Shown here piece by piece: positions 1-13,522 of a stretch of DNA of 64,000 nt. The stretch is taken from assembly GCA_026770705.1 (NCBI GenBank), contig JANJGN010000025.1:31310001-31374000 (forward strand), written 5' to 3'. Position 1 is the stretch's first letter, and every line of letters starts with the position of its first letter. This DNA is from Isurus oxyrinchus. Taxonomy: Eukaryota. The notes under the pieces are model-generated. The model had not been told where the DNA came from, did no database searches, and saw nothing but the letters and a program-made list of their open reading frames with translations. The position numbers and the translations under genes were made by a program.

Positions 1-3000
1 ACCTCTTTGGTGCTTTAATTAAAAAGCTCTCACCTTTCAGTACAGGCCCCAATGTGTTTAAAATCCTATTTTATTTTGCTGAAGAGGTCAACATTTGTAA
101 AATATTTTCAGAAAACAGGATTTTGGTTTCCTTACCTGCACTGATTGAATGCAAGATGAAAATTAATCCTATGGTATCAATTGGATATAATTTCATCTCT
201 CTCTGCAATGATTCAAGCATTTTTTAGAAATTATAAACTTTCATAACAAAACCACTTGCAAAAGCTACCATTTTTCCTTTAGTTCTGCCCGCTATTGGAA
301 ACCACATGATTTTAGTGAAATATGAAGAGGTACATGTGTGTTAATGATCATTTTTGATTGTTTCAAAATGCAGTTAGTGTAGATTGGAAGGTATAATATT
401 GAAGCCTTAACCCTTCAAACTACCAATTCATGCTTGCAAAAAATGACCTTGGAGTCCATAGAGACTTTTACTGTCATGCAGTGCACAGTCTCCACTAGTT
501 TGCTGTCACTAATGATGCAGCTTTCATGTATTGACAGCTATCAATTGATGCTACAAGCTTCTGATTTGTCAGGTGCAAAATTTACAGATACTTTGCTTTT
601 ATTGTTAGCATCTAGGTATTAATGGCAATTATGCTGGCTGTAATTTTAATGCTGGTCTTTACCTGTAAACAAAAGGAAATCATAAAGATAGCTTGAGACA
701 TCAATGGAGGTGCTCGCAATATGTTTGGAGTCACTCCTATGGAAACGCTGGCAGTGTTTCAGTAAGTTCTCTTGGGAGTTCAGGAGTGGCAGTAAGATAT
801 TCTCTGGCGTATTTATCAGCCCTTGTTTATAGTTTTTCCTTTATTAATTATACTGTAAAGAGGACCATAAATTTCTAATTACCAAATGAGACTTCTACGG
901 CCACATTGACTGACGCTTTGTGAACACTAAATCAGTATACTGGCCAATCCAGAGGCAATCATATGGACTATCTCTCTGTGCTCATTCTCAAATGAGAAAG
1001 ATTTGGAATTATAGCAGGGACAGTGTTCGCTCATTGATGATTGACAGGAAGAAGATAAGCTGAGGAAATGCTAGGTCTTCAGATGAACTAGTTCATAACA
1101 TCTTTTCAAAATTCCCAGCCAGATCTGTTTTTCATATTCTAGCATACAAAAGGCATTTATGACTTGCATATCTAGGACTGACAATTTCCCACTTTTTAGT
1201 ATTTAGCTTTTATTATTACTGCGCATGCCCATTTGAACATTTACTTAAGAAAATGTTAAATATCCAATTTCTGTGCTTATGCAGATGGAAGATTGTGACT
1301 TAACCCTTTATTCAACTGCAGCATGAAGCAATGTGATTTATTTTTGAAGTAGATAACCGTATTCTAAAAACATTGTCAATCAGACGATTGGTGACCTGCC
1401 AAGATTTATTGGGAGCACTTGTCTCTCCTGTGTTTTTTGAGGAACTAGAAGCCAATCTGTCATTTTCAAGACCACCACATACATAAGCAACACAACTTAT
1501 TATCGTAAACATGTAGAACACTTCAGCTGCACTTAGCAAAGGTATGCACTTAAAATGAGCACGTGTAAAATATGTATTGGAACAAAAGCTAATCTATTTG
1601 AAGAAAATGCTGTGCTCTATTTAAATAAGAATAGAACTGTTCAGCACTCCTTAAAGGGTGGAACATATGACATTTATACTGCCTACAGCCTAGCAGTTAC
1701 TAAAAAATTGATGTAAAAGTCATCCTATTAGCTGAACAATTAACAGATTAACATTTGTAAAGGTGAAAACGGAGTATGCATGGAATATTGTCAAATGCAA
1801 ATTACCATTATTGTCATATGCCAAGCATAAAGAATTTGACAGAAATCAATAGAAAAATAGAAGCTTCTTTAGAAAAGATGTGCATAAAATTCGCAGGTTA
1901 TAGGTTTCAGCCTTATGACATAGTTTATAATGCAATTACATTTAATAATATAGGTAAAGCTACATCTGTGTAAATAGAAAAAGGTTGTGAATCCAGGTAG
2001 TAAACTCATCTTATACAACAAGAACTCTGATATACGCTGTTAAGTCAAAGATGTTATCATATTCCAATGGGATATAAAATTTGTTACATCAGCTGATAAC
2101 ATTCCAAAGCGAATCACTCCACCCTCATTCAGATCTGTCATAAATGTATTGTATGCAGGTGCGTTGTCACAGCAATAGCATACTTTTGGACTACTGGTTT
2201 GAACTGAAGTGGCAAGAAACAGAAGCTGATGGCAATGCATTTTTTTATAGAGTCATTCACACATGCCAGCCATGCCTAGAAAGAGGTAACAGACAGCTGG
2301 TCTATTAAAATACATATCATGTTCTAGTAAAGACAAATTAAATGAAATGGATGTTCCATTTTCCTTTATATAGCATTCTCTATATGATGGTAAATGTCCT
2401 AATAATAATGGTCTGTGTAGTAAACAATATAATAAGTGATGCTCATTTTATCCCTTGCCTAAATACCAAAAGCTTTTGTACTTGCAACCCCACCTATAAT
2501 TCTGTGGCAATTTTGCAAATAAGAAGCAAACAAACATGTAAACAGTTTGGGGAACCTAGTGGAAGGAGTTTTCCTGTAATTGGTACACTGGCTAATGTCA
2601 CCATATTTTAGGCAATAAATGCATAACTCCATCATATAGTCATCAGTGCTCCAAAAGGTCATTGTTCATTCACTGTAGCTCAAAATTAGTTCATGTCTGA
2701 TTCGTGCTTGAGGCTGACCATGATAACAATCAGTAGATGATTGGATGCACACATTCTTAACACGGATGACCCATGACATCGGGGATGCAGAAGAGTCTGT
2801 CATTAGGTATACAATGCTCCTCTGTCTCATCTTATCTTGCCAGATGACTTTGAGATTTTTATTTTTGTTCACAATTAGAGCCGCAGTCCAGCATCGTAAC
2901 AATAGTCCCTGCTCGAGGTTCGGATGTGCTAACAGAGACTTTAATTTCTGTAGCAACTTTATTCCTAGAGAATGTCATTACTTAAACATTGTGTGACTTA

Positions 3001-3689
3001 CATAAACACCAATTAGCCTTCATAGCCATGAGTTTCAGTGGCACCGTATTGAATTTGTTGCCATCAAACTGTTTCACAGTGATGAGAGGGTTAAATGTGT
3101 TTAACTTGACCCTCTGGATTAAAATATGTGGCTCCCAAAACATATTCTACACACTCATTTGCTGTTTGAAGCAGGCCATAAGTTGTACACTGTATAGTTA
3201 CATTTCTGTGAATCAGCACTGAGGTGCACATTAAGTCCAGAAATTATATTTTTCTTTGTTGTTGATTCCGTTACATCTAATTAAGACCAAACACCATAAT
3301 AAAGGTCCTGTCAATTAAACAGTTTTTTTGGTGTCACAATTAATGTTTGTTAGAAAATGTTAGATTAAAAATACGGTTAACAAATAGAAAGAAAAGGAAA
3401 ACTTGCATTTAAACAATGTCTTTCATGACCTTAGAACCAAAGTACATTACAGCCAATGAAACACTTTTGAATTGTGGTGACCTTTTATTGTAAGATAGGA
3501 AGTACAACAATCTACAATTAAAAAGATCCTGGAAAAAGGATGGAACAAATTGTGACCTAGTGAAAACTCACATTAGGAGTCCCCCATATATGCTATGGAA
3601 TGTCTAACATCAAGTAGTATGTGCCACATCAGTGCCATGTCTGAACTGATTGCCACTTGCACGGAAGATATCTATTAGTTATACAATAA

Positions 3690-3905
3690 AACTTGCACTT
3701 GTATCACATTTTCTAATGTAGTCAAATGTCCCAAGATGCTTCACAGGAAGGGAGTCAGATAAAAATTAACACCAAGCCAAAGGAGACATTAGGACAAGTG
3801 AACAAAAGCTTAGTCAAAGAGGTGGGTTTTAAGGAGCACCTTAAATAAGGAGAAAGAGGAGAGGTCTCAGGACGGAACTCCAGATCTTGGAGTCTAGATG
3901 GCTGA
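3690..3905 (-). mobile_element. L2-type LINE 3' fragment
   Basis: Reverse complement resembles 33560-33930 and 43220-43455 (tail ...ATAAATGCAAGTT). Confidence 0.55.
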
Positions 3906-3927
3906 AGGGTCATCGACCTGAAACGTT

Positions 3928-4545
3928 AGGCTGAATTTTCATTCCGGGACTGGGAACCTGAAATGGGCCCCAACGCTGTATGGCACATTCCAGACATGCC
4001 CACTGGTAATGTCAATGGCTCAGCCCAATTAAATGCTAAAGAACAGGCTTGCCATCTGATTAGGGATGGTGGGTGGGTGCCCGAGGCTGGAGGGTTAACG
4101 GGAGGCACACCAACACTCACAACACAGGAGCCCCACTGGCTGAGGTGGGAGCTGCTGATCTGAACTTGGAGAGAGGAAGGGAGAAGGTCAGGTAAGTTTT
4201 TTTTAATATTCTTAAAACAGCCACAGCTACCTGGCCATGATCCTAGACATCAACCCCTGTAGGGGATAGCCAGCAGCCACAGCTGTGGCCCAGAAGCCAT
4301 TTTGGGTGCAGGATGTTCACCTTTGGGATCAAATATTTCCCCACCCCCTTCCCAATCTGAGCCCACCACATTGGACTAACAGTGTTTCAGGCCAACGTGG
4401 GCCATCCACATTGCCGACTGGAAATCCAAGTTGGTGTGGGAACAGGGCCTTAATTGGTCCTGGAATCATATTTAATTAATGTAATTGGTTGGCTGCCACT
4501 TGAGGGTGGGTACCTGCCCTGACCTTGACCATGCCTCTCTGAATA
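3928..4545. mobile_element. Degenerate GC-rich MITE related to families A/B
   Basis: Starts GGCTGAATTTTC; contains the GGCCTTAATTGG motif shared with family A copies. Confidence 0.45.
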
Positions 4546-7500
4546 TGGAAGAATAAGTTTGATGGAACAAATGGCCAGTTCGCTTGCCGTGTGGCTGTGT
4601 GTTGATATTTTCTGAATTATGAGAGTTTAAACCATTGAAGTGAGAAATTGTTGACAGATATAGAAGCAGTCATAAACAATGAGATGTTAATATATAAAGA
4701 TTATATACAGATTACCCAGGATGAAAAAGGCCCAAAGGGCCATGGGGCTCAATGGCCTCCTCCTGTTCCCAGCATTGTAGAATGTTAGGTAATCATTAAA
4801 GAACAATTTTGAATATGTGAATAAGAGACAGAGTTGGACATTGGCAGAGTTGGCATTTTAGTTCCTTGGGAACATTTGATGTCCAAGCTGATTCCAGCTG
4901 GTTGAATGTAAAACCACATTTGAATTCTTGAAATTAAAGAACTGTGATCCAGCAGTGGCTTATATTTCTGGTTAGGCATAACCTATAACCATTTTGCCAA
5001 AGTGTAAACCCAACTTGATTAATATGGTGACTATTTTACATTTGGGTGTGTGATTTTTGTGCATCATTTCCCATTATCCAATTAATTTGTTTGGTTGGAT
5101 CATCCAACTATTAAAGTAGAAGGATACCAATTCATGCCCATATTTCCCAGCCTGTTCGTATTTAAAATTTCCCAGTTCAGCAGGTGAGAGTCACTTCCTA
5201 ATAGAATGGGAGGAAAAGTCTATGGCGGAGTCATGTACGTCAGTCGCTCTCCCATGCTTTATGAGACAGGGTAAAGAATACCTCAGACAAAGGCCTAGAG
5301 ACAGCTGTACAGCTGATGAATGGTGCCTAATGCAGGTGGGGCTGGAGAGGAGGGATTTACAAAATGGGGAGAGGAAAAATGCAAACAATCATCACTAGTC
5401 TATTTAAGTGAGCCCTGGCTGGTGTACTCTGGGTGGGATTTAGCGCACCAGTTAACAGGTGAGATGTGTTATAAAATGATGAAACTGCACTATCCACTTA
5501 GAATGAGATCTATTGTATTTCACCTGTCAAGTGTGACTTTCTCAGACAGAAGCCTGCCTCTGCATTACATTCTGCCAATCTAAAATTGCAACACTTAAAA
5601 TTACAGTCACAGGCCATGTGTGGTTTTGACTTTCTTTACCTGCAGAATGCCTTTTGCTCTATTTTCCTCTATGAGCGCCATACCTCCCCCATCCACACCA
5701 CCCCCTTCCACCACTGCTCAGCTTTCTATCACAGAACGAGAGCCAGAAGACCATCAGACCCCTTCAGTTTTGAATTACAATGTTCCCAGTTCTCCCAGGT
5801 TACCCAGGCTTTTCCATTGGTACAGATATCAGTGACGCTGTGAATACCTCCAGAATGGCCTTATCATTTTTTTCTTGTTGCAAGATCCCTGCAATTAAGT
5901 GTCTGAGGAACTAGCAGCCTGTATATTGGCCTTTTATGCTTAACCACTAGAGCCCTTGCGCTTTGTTTAATTATCACCTTTAGTCAGTGTGAAGTAGTGG
6001 AATAGCAGAACCAGCTATAGCAGCAAAACATTTGTACTGTTTCAAGGGGACAGATTTGTAAATAAATGTATAAAGTGTGCAAATTGCTCTCTGTTTATAC
6101 AGCAAACAAGAAAAACGAATGGGTACTACACAGAGGAAAAGTGAAAAAAAAAGTGTAAAAAAAATCTAAAGGTGTTTTCAATCCATGGGACAGCCAGGCA
6201 AAGAAATTGTTTGACTTACAAAACAAATTAATGAAGACATAAGGGAAATTGGGGGAAAAAAACACACACAATGGGTTAGGAAAAGTTGGCAAATTGATGA
6301 ATGAAACAAAACAAAAATTAACACGGGGAAGGGTTAAGGTCTTGTCCCTTTATTATTTGCTTGTCTCCTACATTTGTCACACGCTTTTAATCAAGCTTTC
6401 TATCTGCTAGCTTTAATTTGTTGATATTGTCAGGAGCTGTAGGGTTCATTTTATGGAAACTTTCACCAGTCTTCATACGTGCAGCAAATATGTTTTTCCA
6501 GCAATTTTGCATTTTATTGTAACTTTTTAAGTCACACAAATCACCTTTGAACATCTTACTACACTGAGGTGTTATAAAATGGCTGTTGTTTTTGTAGTAG
6601 CCTAATATCAGGTTCACTGACAGGATTGGAAGCAAGTTGATCTCCATAGTATGTGTTGCTATAGAAATAGGATCAGGCTGCATAGGGGTTGGGACAAGCA
6701 AGCCATGAACATATTACCCTAAGCAAAATATTAGTGATGAATCCTCATACAGTTCACTTCAAAATTCTACCTATATAGCTAAGAGGCTGTTGGTTGCTAG
6801 CCTGCCCAAGCATGGGGACACTGAGGGATCATCACACAAGGTCATTGTGTAAGCCTACATGGGTCTCAATAAAGTGGCTAAATGTATAATGTTGGCAAAC
6901 TTTACAAACATAATCAGAACACTGTTGAATATACCTGATTGCAGATAGAACACACTGAGGAATTCTTCAAATGATTTGCTCTTAAATTACATTGGACACA
7001 TTTGACAGCTATTTCAGAAGAAATGTGCTATACAGATGTCCTATATGGGCATAAGAGAAAAATGTCCATAGAAAAATTGTATACACTTTAGTTAAATGTA
7101 CTTCCTAATATGCACTTCAAATGCTTTTAAGACCAATAATTCAAGAATATTTTAGAATTAACCTAGTGCTTTACTGATGTGATGGTGGTAGTTTAATGTA
7201 CTATTTTTTGGGAGAAAAAGTGCATTAAAATCACATCTCTCTCTCCATTTCCATTAGGAGAAAATGAAATAGCCTTAAACGGAACATACATAAGGCCGTC
7301 TCTAATGTAGCTTAAAGTAGATATTTAAGAGCTCTCACTCAGAAGGCAATTGTAACATTTGAAAAGCTACTCCAGTTTTTGGCAGCTGTCTTTTGTGGGA
7401 GTCTGTGGAAGTCATTGTGAAGCAATAAAATTGATCTTCGAATGCAAGGCTACACAGAACACGTTTAATTGTCTCTTAGTCTGTTAACAAGGGTCCTCTG

Positions 7501-8967
7501 AAAGTTTTTAATTTCCAAATGCAGTCTTGAGGAGGTCACTAATGTGATCCATTGTATCAACTGGAGAGATAACACCATAAATCAAAGTAGTCTACGTCTG
7601 ACTAAATGTGCTAGACACTGAATTTTTTTTGAAAAAATAATTTTGAGAAGTGTCTGCATTCAAATTAATTGGTATTCTGCTCAGGTTTGTTTCTTAGTGC
7701 AATTCGCCAAAGTTGTGTTTCTGTAAAGGCAATAGAGAAGCTAAGAGAATAAATTACAGTAAGAGAAAGAGCTAAAGAAGGGTTCTGAGGTGTTGATAAA
7801 GCAGAGATGGTAGAGACGAGAGGGAAGAAAGTAAAGAACATGTTGACATGTAGTGAAATATGACTCATTATAAAATTCATGTTTAGGCCGTATCGGTCTA
7901 GGGACACCATCCGTCACAGCATCACTCTGCTACTAATGAGCCCTCATTGAATATTCATACCATTGGAGCATGGCTACTCACACCCTAGGCTAATTCCTGG
8001 TAAATATCTCCACCTCAATCCCCGACTCTGCCCGAGTGACTTTTTGTTATGTCACAGCAATTACAGTGTAAAAGTGCTGCGAAAGATTGATTACTTTGGT
8101 CTGTGGTTCAATTGTAAATTAGAATATGCCGCCCCTGGGGAAACAGAGGCCTATTTGTGATTAAGAAAAGCTCCATAATAGACTAATAGATAAAGTTCTT
8201 TCTCTACTTTCAGGCAATTAGCTTGATGAAATAGCCTTTTTGTGCTTCCTGGATATGTAAACTGATACTGTAATGAAGTGCAAGATGTTTATTTCCCTTT
8301 TTCACCTTTCAGTACAGGAAAACACTTCTTTAATGTTCGCCTGATCTTCAAATCAGATAAGAAAGGATGCAGTTTTCCGAGCCACGTTAGTTCTTTCAGG
8401 AGAATGGTACCTCTGTGGAGCCTCTGAGATCTGATATGAAATGGATTGTTCACAGAGTAAAACCTTATAGAAACTGATTATAATGTGGAATGGTAATATA
8501 TGGCAATACATTTTCATGCCCCATCTTGCCAGTCCCACACCAAATGTGGTAGTTGCTTTGACACTAATTTTTCACAAAGACTTCAGAGGGCTGAGAATTT
8601 CTTAAAGACATCTACTTTTAATCATGGGCAAGGAATTTTAATAATGCTAGCTTGATAATCTAACTGCAATTGCAGAAACCAAATTGATTTCCTGAGGGGA
8701 AAATAGTGAAAAGGGAAACTTTCATTGATATAGCGTCTATCATGCGTTGCTCTCTTACATGCCACTTTGATTTGATAGTTCACAGTGTTAATATTTTTGC
8801 GATAATGATAATTAGCAAAAGAACTTGCATTTATGTAGCACCTCCCATAACCTCAGGAACACCCAAAGCACTGTACTCACAAAGTGATTTTGAAATTTCA
8901 TCTTTGGTATAATGTAAGGAAACATGGTGATCGCAGCACATGGATGTAAATTATCCTGTAAAACAAT

Positions 8968-9096
8968 GGCCGGGATTTTCCGGCCCTGTCATGGGTGGGA
9001 CCCGCAGTGGGTGAGGCAGTACCCCAGCCAGAAGCCCTTTGACTTGCGGCGGGACCGGAAGATCCCAGCGGCAGGCGGGTATGGAAAATCCCGCCC
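8968..9096. mobile_element. ~130-bp MITE (family B)
   Basis: TIR GGCCGGGATTTTCC...GGAAAATCCCGCCC, flanks AAT/AAC; inverted homolog at 27228-27354. Confidence 0.75.
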
Positions 9097-9829
9097 AACG
9101 TGTGGATCTGGAGCCTCCTGGGACTTGCCTGAGAAAGGGCTGAAGTGCAGTTAATAATTGTCGGCCCAATTCACAACCCAGTACAAAGCAGGGAATCACC
9201 AGAACAATGTCCCAAGATTCCTATTAAGGATCATGCCATCACATATGGTGGCATGTAGAAGGAACGCCAGGAAAGGAAACAGATGACATAGCCCCTAAAC
9301 ACTCACTAAGGTAGAGCATTATAAAACTAAAAGATAAAGCAGGCATGCAGAACTTGAACAAAAAAAATGGCTGTACCTTATTTGGAATGTATGGGCGCAG
9401 GTTTAATATCAGAAAGGACATGTTAATGTAATAGATGGTGGGACACATGCTGCGATCATAGGAAAGGCAGTTGTGATTAAGTAGAGTTCATGAGCTAATA
9501 TATTATGGAGATGATAATTGGATTGTTCATGCAGGGCCAACAAGGCAATCCTACTAATGAATAATCGGCACCTCAACCTTGTCCATTTTTGCTATGGTAT
9601 GTCCTAAGGATGTGGAAGGTCCTACATAAATTCAATGTTCCTCTGTTTTTCTTCCTTCTCCTTCTCCGTGAAGGCTTGCTTGCTCCTCTCACTGAAAGGT
9701 TTCCCCTCTCTGTACTGCCAACTTGTGCAGGGAATAGCAGAGGCTGATAATGTTTGACATATTCTCAGGTCTGCAAAGCAGTTCTGATCTGTCCAAATAG
9801 CAAAGTCTGTATCAATGTACGAGTTGCGT

Positions 9830-10140
9830 GCTCCACCAGCATATGTTCTCAGAACCATTTCTTCCACCATCTAAAAGGAGAAGGGAAACAAGTGCATGGG
9901 AACACAATCACATTCGAGTCATACCCCATACCAACTTGGACAAACATTGCCAATCCTTCATTGTCACTGAAAATCTGGGCCCTTGCTGCAAAAACAGTGC
10001 AGTGAGAGCATATTCAGCACGTGGACTGCAGCAGTTCAAGAACGAGGTTCATCACCAACTTCTCAAGGGCAAATGGGCACGGGCAATAAATGCTGACCTT
10101 GTAGCAATGCACTTATGTACAGAATGAACTAAATTTTTAA
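9830..10140 (+). mobile_element. 3' fragment of the L2/CR1-group LINE family seen at 18863-19852
   Basis: GGACTGCAGCAGTTCAAGAA...CTTCTCAAGGGC...GGGCAATAAATGCTG tail. Confidence 0.7.
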
Positions 10141-10194
10141 AAAATCAAAATGAGGCATGAGAGCTTCATTACATTGCCTAGTTGTCTTTGTTTA

Positions 10195-10500
10195 ATTTTG
10201 TTCACTTAGTGGGGGGATGGGCATCAATTCTAAGGCCAGCAGCTATAATCCATCCCCACTTGTCCCTTGAGAAGCTGTCATGTTGAACTGCTATGTCCTA
10301 TGTGGTTAAGGTACTCCCAAAATGCCTTAGGTAGATATTGACCCAACCCCAATGATAGAAGGGTGATATATTTCCAAGTCAGGGTGCTGTATGACTTTTG
10401 AGGGAAACTTGCAGGTTTTGGTGCTCCCATTGCTTGTTGTATTTGTCCTTCTAGGTGGCAGAGGTGGTGGATTTGGATTTGGAAGTGCAGCATTCCTGGC
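10195..10500 (-). mobile_element. Same LINE 3' fragment, minus strand (tail-to-tail with 9830-10140)
   Basis: Reverse complement carries CTTCTCAAGGGAC...GGGGATGG tail and CTGACTTGGAAATATATC. Confidence 0.6.
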
Positions 10501-11888
10501 GCTGGGCTCTACCTACCTGATTCCCGATCACACACAGAATGATTTAATATATTCCATGATTTAATTTTTAAAATACATTATAATCACTTCAGATATGACT
10601 GACTTTGGAAAGAAGATAATTTACAGATTTCCCATCGGTCATCGAGTAACAGAAAATGGCTCCTCCATAGACCTACCTGCAACTTCCATCATTCTGAGGA
10701 TCCAGGACACACTAGCTCACTGCAACATCAGTCAGTTGTAGCTGGGGAAGTTTGGGTTGTATTTGGATCAGATGGAGCATCACGTTCTCTTCGAAGGCCT
10801 GTAAAGTAGAAATTCAAGTCAATTTTCTCTAGCAAGTACTGATATCATTTTAACAAATAGAAGTAGCACAGTAAATAGGTGCTATTTAATCATTCATTCT
10901 GTGTTCCTCCAAGTGTGATGTTACTCTGTAAGGCAGATCTGCTACTAAACTTATGATAAGTTGGAGACCACTGGGCCAGGAGAAAATGGTCCAGCTAGCC
11001 AATGTCCCCACAGCAGTGCCCATGACCAACCAAGTACAGTGTCCCAGGACTATTCTTGTTTCATAGATTAAGGGAATTAGGTAAAACATTAAGTGGCAAG
11101 ATTAACATCTTGCCTTGCTTTCTGATTTAAAAACATACAAAACTGATGAGCAGAAAAAGAATAAACTAACAAGATATATATTTTAAAAAGCCAGCTCTCC
11201 TACAAGTATATAAAAAGGAAGAGAATAGCTTAAAATCCTTAGAAGATGAGGTTGAGCAATTAATAGTAGGAAACAAGACAATGTCAGAGACTTTGAACAA
11301 GTATTTTGTATCTGTCTTCTCAGTAGGAGACACTAAAAGCATCCCAATAACAGTCGAAAATCAAGGAGCAAAAGGGAGGGAGGGATTTAAAACAATCACC
11401 ATCACTAGGGAAAAAGTACTAGCGAAACTAATGGGACTGAAGGCTGGCAGGTCCTCTGGACCTGATGGCCTGAATCCTAGGGTCTTAAAAGAAATGGCTA
11501 CAGAGACAACGGATGCATGGGTGAAATTTTCCAAAATCCTCTAGATTCTGAAAAGGTTCCAATGCACTGAAAATCACAAACATAACACCCCTATTCAGGA
11601 AAGGAGGGTGACAGGAAGCAAGAAACTATAGGCCAGTGAGCCTAACATCTGTCATTGGGAAAATGCTGAAATGCATTATTAAGGAAGTAGTAACAGGACA
11701 TTTAGAAAATCATAATACAATCAAGCAGAGTCAACATGGTTTTGCAAAAGCGAAATCATGTTTGACGAATTTATCAAAGTTCTTTGAGGATGTAATAAGT
11801 AGGGTGGATAAAGCAGAATCAGTGGCTGGGAGTATTTAAATTTCCAAAAGGTATTTGAAAAGGTGCTACATATAAGGTTACTACACAT

Positions 11889-12521
11889 GGGGCAGAATTT
11901 GGCTGTCGGCGAGCAAGGGGCAGAACCCCTGACATCATCCCGCCCCATCTACATTTTCAGGAAGGCGGGGGCGCAGCAAAATCAGCTGTGGGCCCGCCAA
12001 CCTGTCAATGGCCAATTGAGGTCATTGATAGGATCAATTATACAATTAAAGGACCTGCCCGTCCAACCAAATAGATAAAGCATGAAACATCATCCACAAG
12101 CAGGATGAGGTTTCATGTCGGGTTTTAAAAAGTTTAATAAACTTATTATGTAAATTATGAACATGTCCCAACTTATGTGTCACATGAGGGGGACATGTTA
12201 AGGAATTTTTTTTCTCTATTTTTAATATTTTAAAAAGTGTCAGCGATCTCCCTGAGGTAACACTTAGCCTCAGGGAGATGTGCGCTCTTTTGTGCATATG
12301 GGCGAAAAAGCGCACTCCCGCTTTTAGGGAATCCCCCCCACCCGCACAGGGCTTCCTGCCGGATGTCACGCCGAGCAGGCCTTAATTGGCCCATCCACGT
12401 CAAATGGCGGCGGGACCTGCTTCTCTGGCAAGGATCGACTCCCCACCTGGTGGGGATTGTCACCCCGCCCGCCAGAGATCGGGTTGGACCCACCCACCTG
12501 GCAGACAGAAAATTCTGCCCC
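11889..12521. mobile_element. Non-autonomous DNA transposon (MITE family A, Harbinger-like) with three internal hairpins
   Basis: TIR GGGGCAGAATTT...AAATTCTGCCCC; internal homology to 31741-32412. Confidence 0.75.
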
Positions 12522-12760
12522 TGGTCTCACCAATGCCCTGTATAACTGAAGCATGTTTAATTCTTCTCGTAACAAAGTATAGCATTCTATTAGCCTTCTT
12601 AATTACTTGCTGTACCTGCATACTAACATTTAGTGACTCATGCACTAGATTCCTCTGCACCTGAGAATTCTGTAGCCGTTCTCCATTTAAATAATATTCT
12701 GCTTTTTTATTCTTCTTGCCAAAGTGAACAACTTCGCTTTTCCTACATTATTCCTACATT
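12522..12760 (-). mobile_element. CR1 LINE fragment, minus strand
   Basis: Reverse complement parallels 13760-14010; minus ORF remnants QVQQVIKKANRML and LYRALVRP. Confidence 0.8.
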
Positions 12761-12769
12761 AATGTGTAT

Positions 12770-13522
12770 AGGTGAGGTAAGCGAGTAAGGCATTAGGGTA
12801 GCAGCAGGTTAAAATGATGAGGTTGGGTCAAGTAGGGCTGTGGGGAGTTGAGGATCATGCGGGGAGGCAGGGAGTCAGGGGGAGCCAGGTGGTGGGGGCT
12901 AGTCAGGTCAGGTCAGGTCAGGGGGTAGTCTGGGCTGTCAGTGAGGAGCTGTGGGTTCAAGGTGGGAGTCGGCGGGGGTGGGTGGGGCAGGAGGCGGTTG
13001 GGTTGTTGGGGGCTAGTCAGGTCAGTTTGAGGGAGTAGTCAAAGTGTTCAGGGGGATGTTGTGGATCGGGGGGCAGTTGGGGTGTCAGTTGGGGAGTTGG
13101 GGGGGCTGGTCAGGGGGGGTTGGGTAGTGAGGGCTAGCCATGTCAGGTGGTGAGGGATAGTCAGGTAAGATCAGTGGGGGTCAGGCGTGGAGTCGGGGGG
13201 GGTTTGTCGTGGGGGAATTGGGGTTGTCAAGGGGCAGTCATGATAGGGTCAGTTGTATAGCTACCCAAGGGTTAGACTAGGATATTTTTTATCTAACATT
13301 TCCTGGGTAACTATCTAGGCAAGTAAGTTGGAACTGCCCGAAGTCTCAGACTCTAATTGACTTTTATGGAGAGTCCCAGGGATCAGGAGACTTGTCTATT
13401 GGAAGTTCAAACTCCCAAGCAATTCCCTTGGAGTCAGTGTATTGGGACTTCCAAGGTCCCAACACAGATAACTGGTTATACATTTGGTCTCCGACAATCT
13501 GGATAACCAGAAGACCTGGGCC
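12770..13522 (+). mobile_element. G-rich TIR element (family X), 5'-truncated
   Basis: Degenerate GGGGGTAGTCAGGT-like array, then a block shared with 33240-33499 and 39420-39691, ending GAAGACCTGGGCC. Confidence 0.7.
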
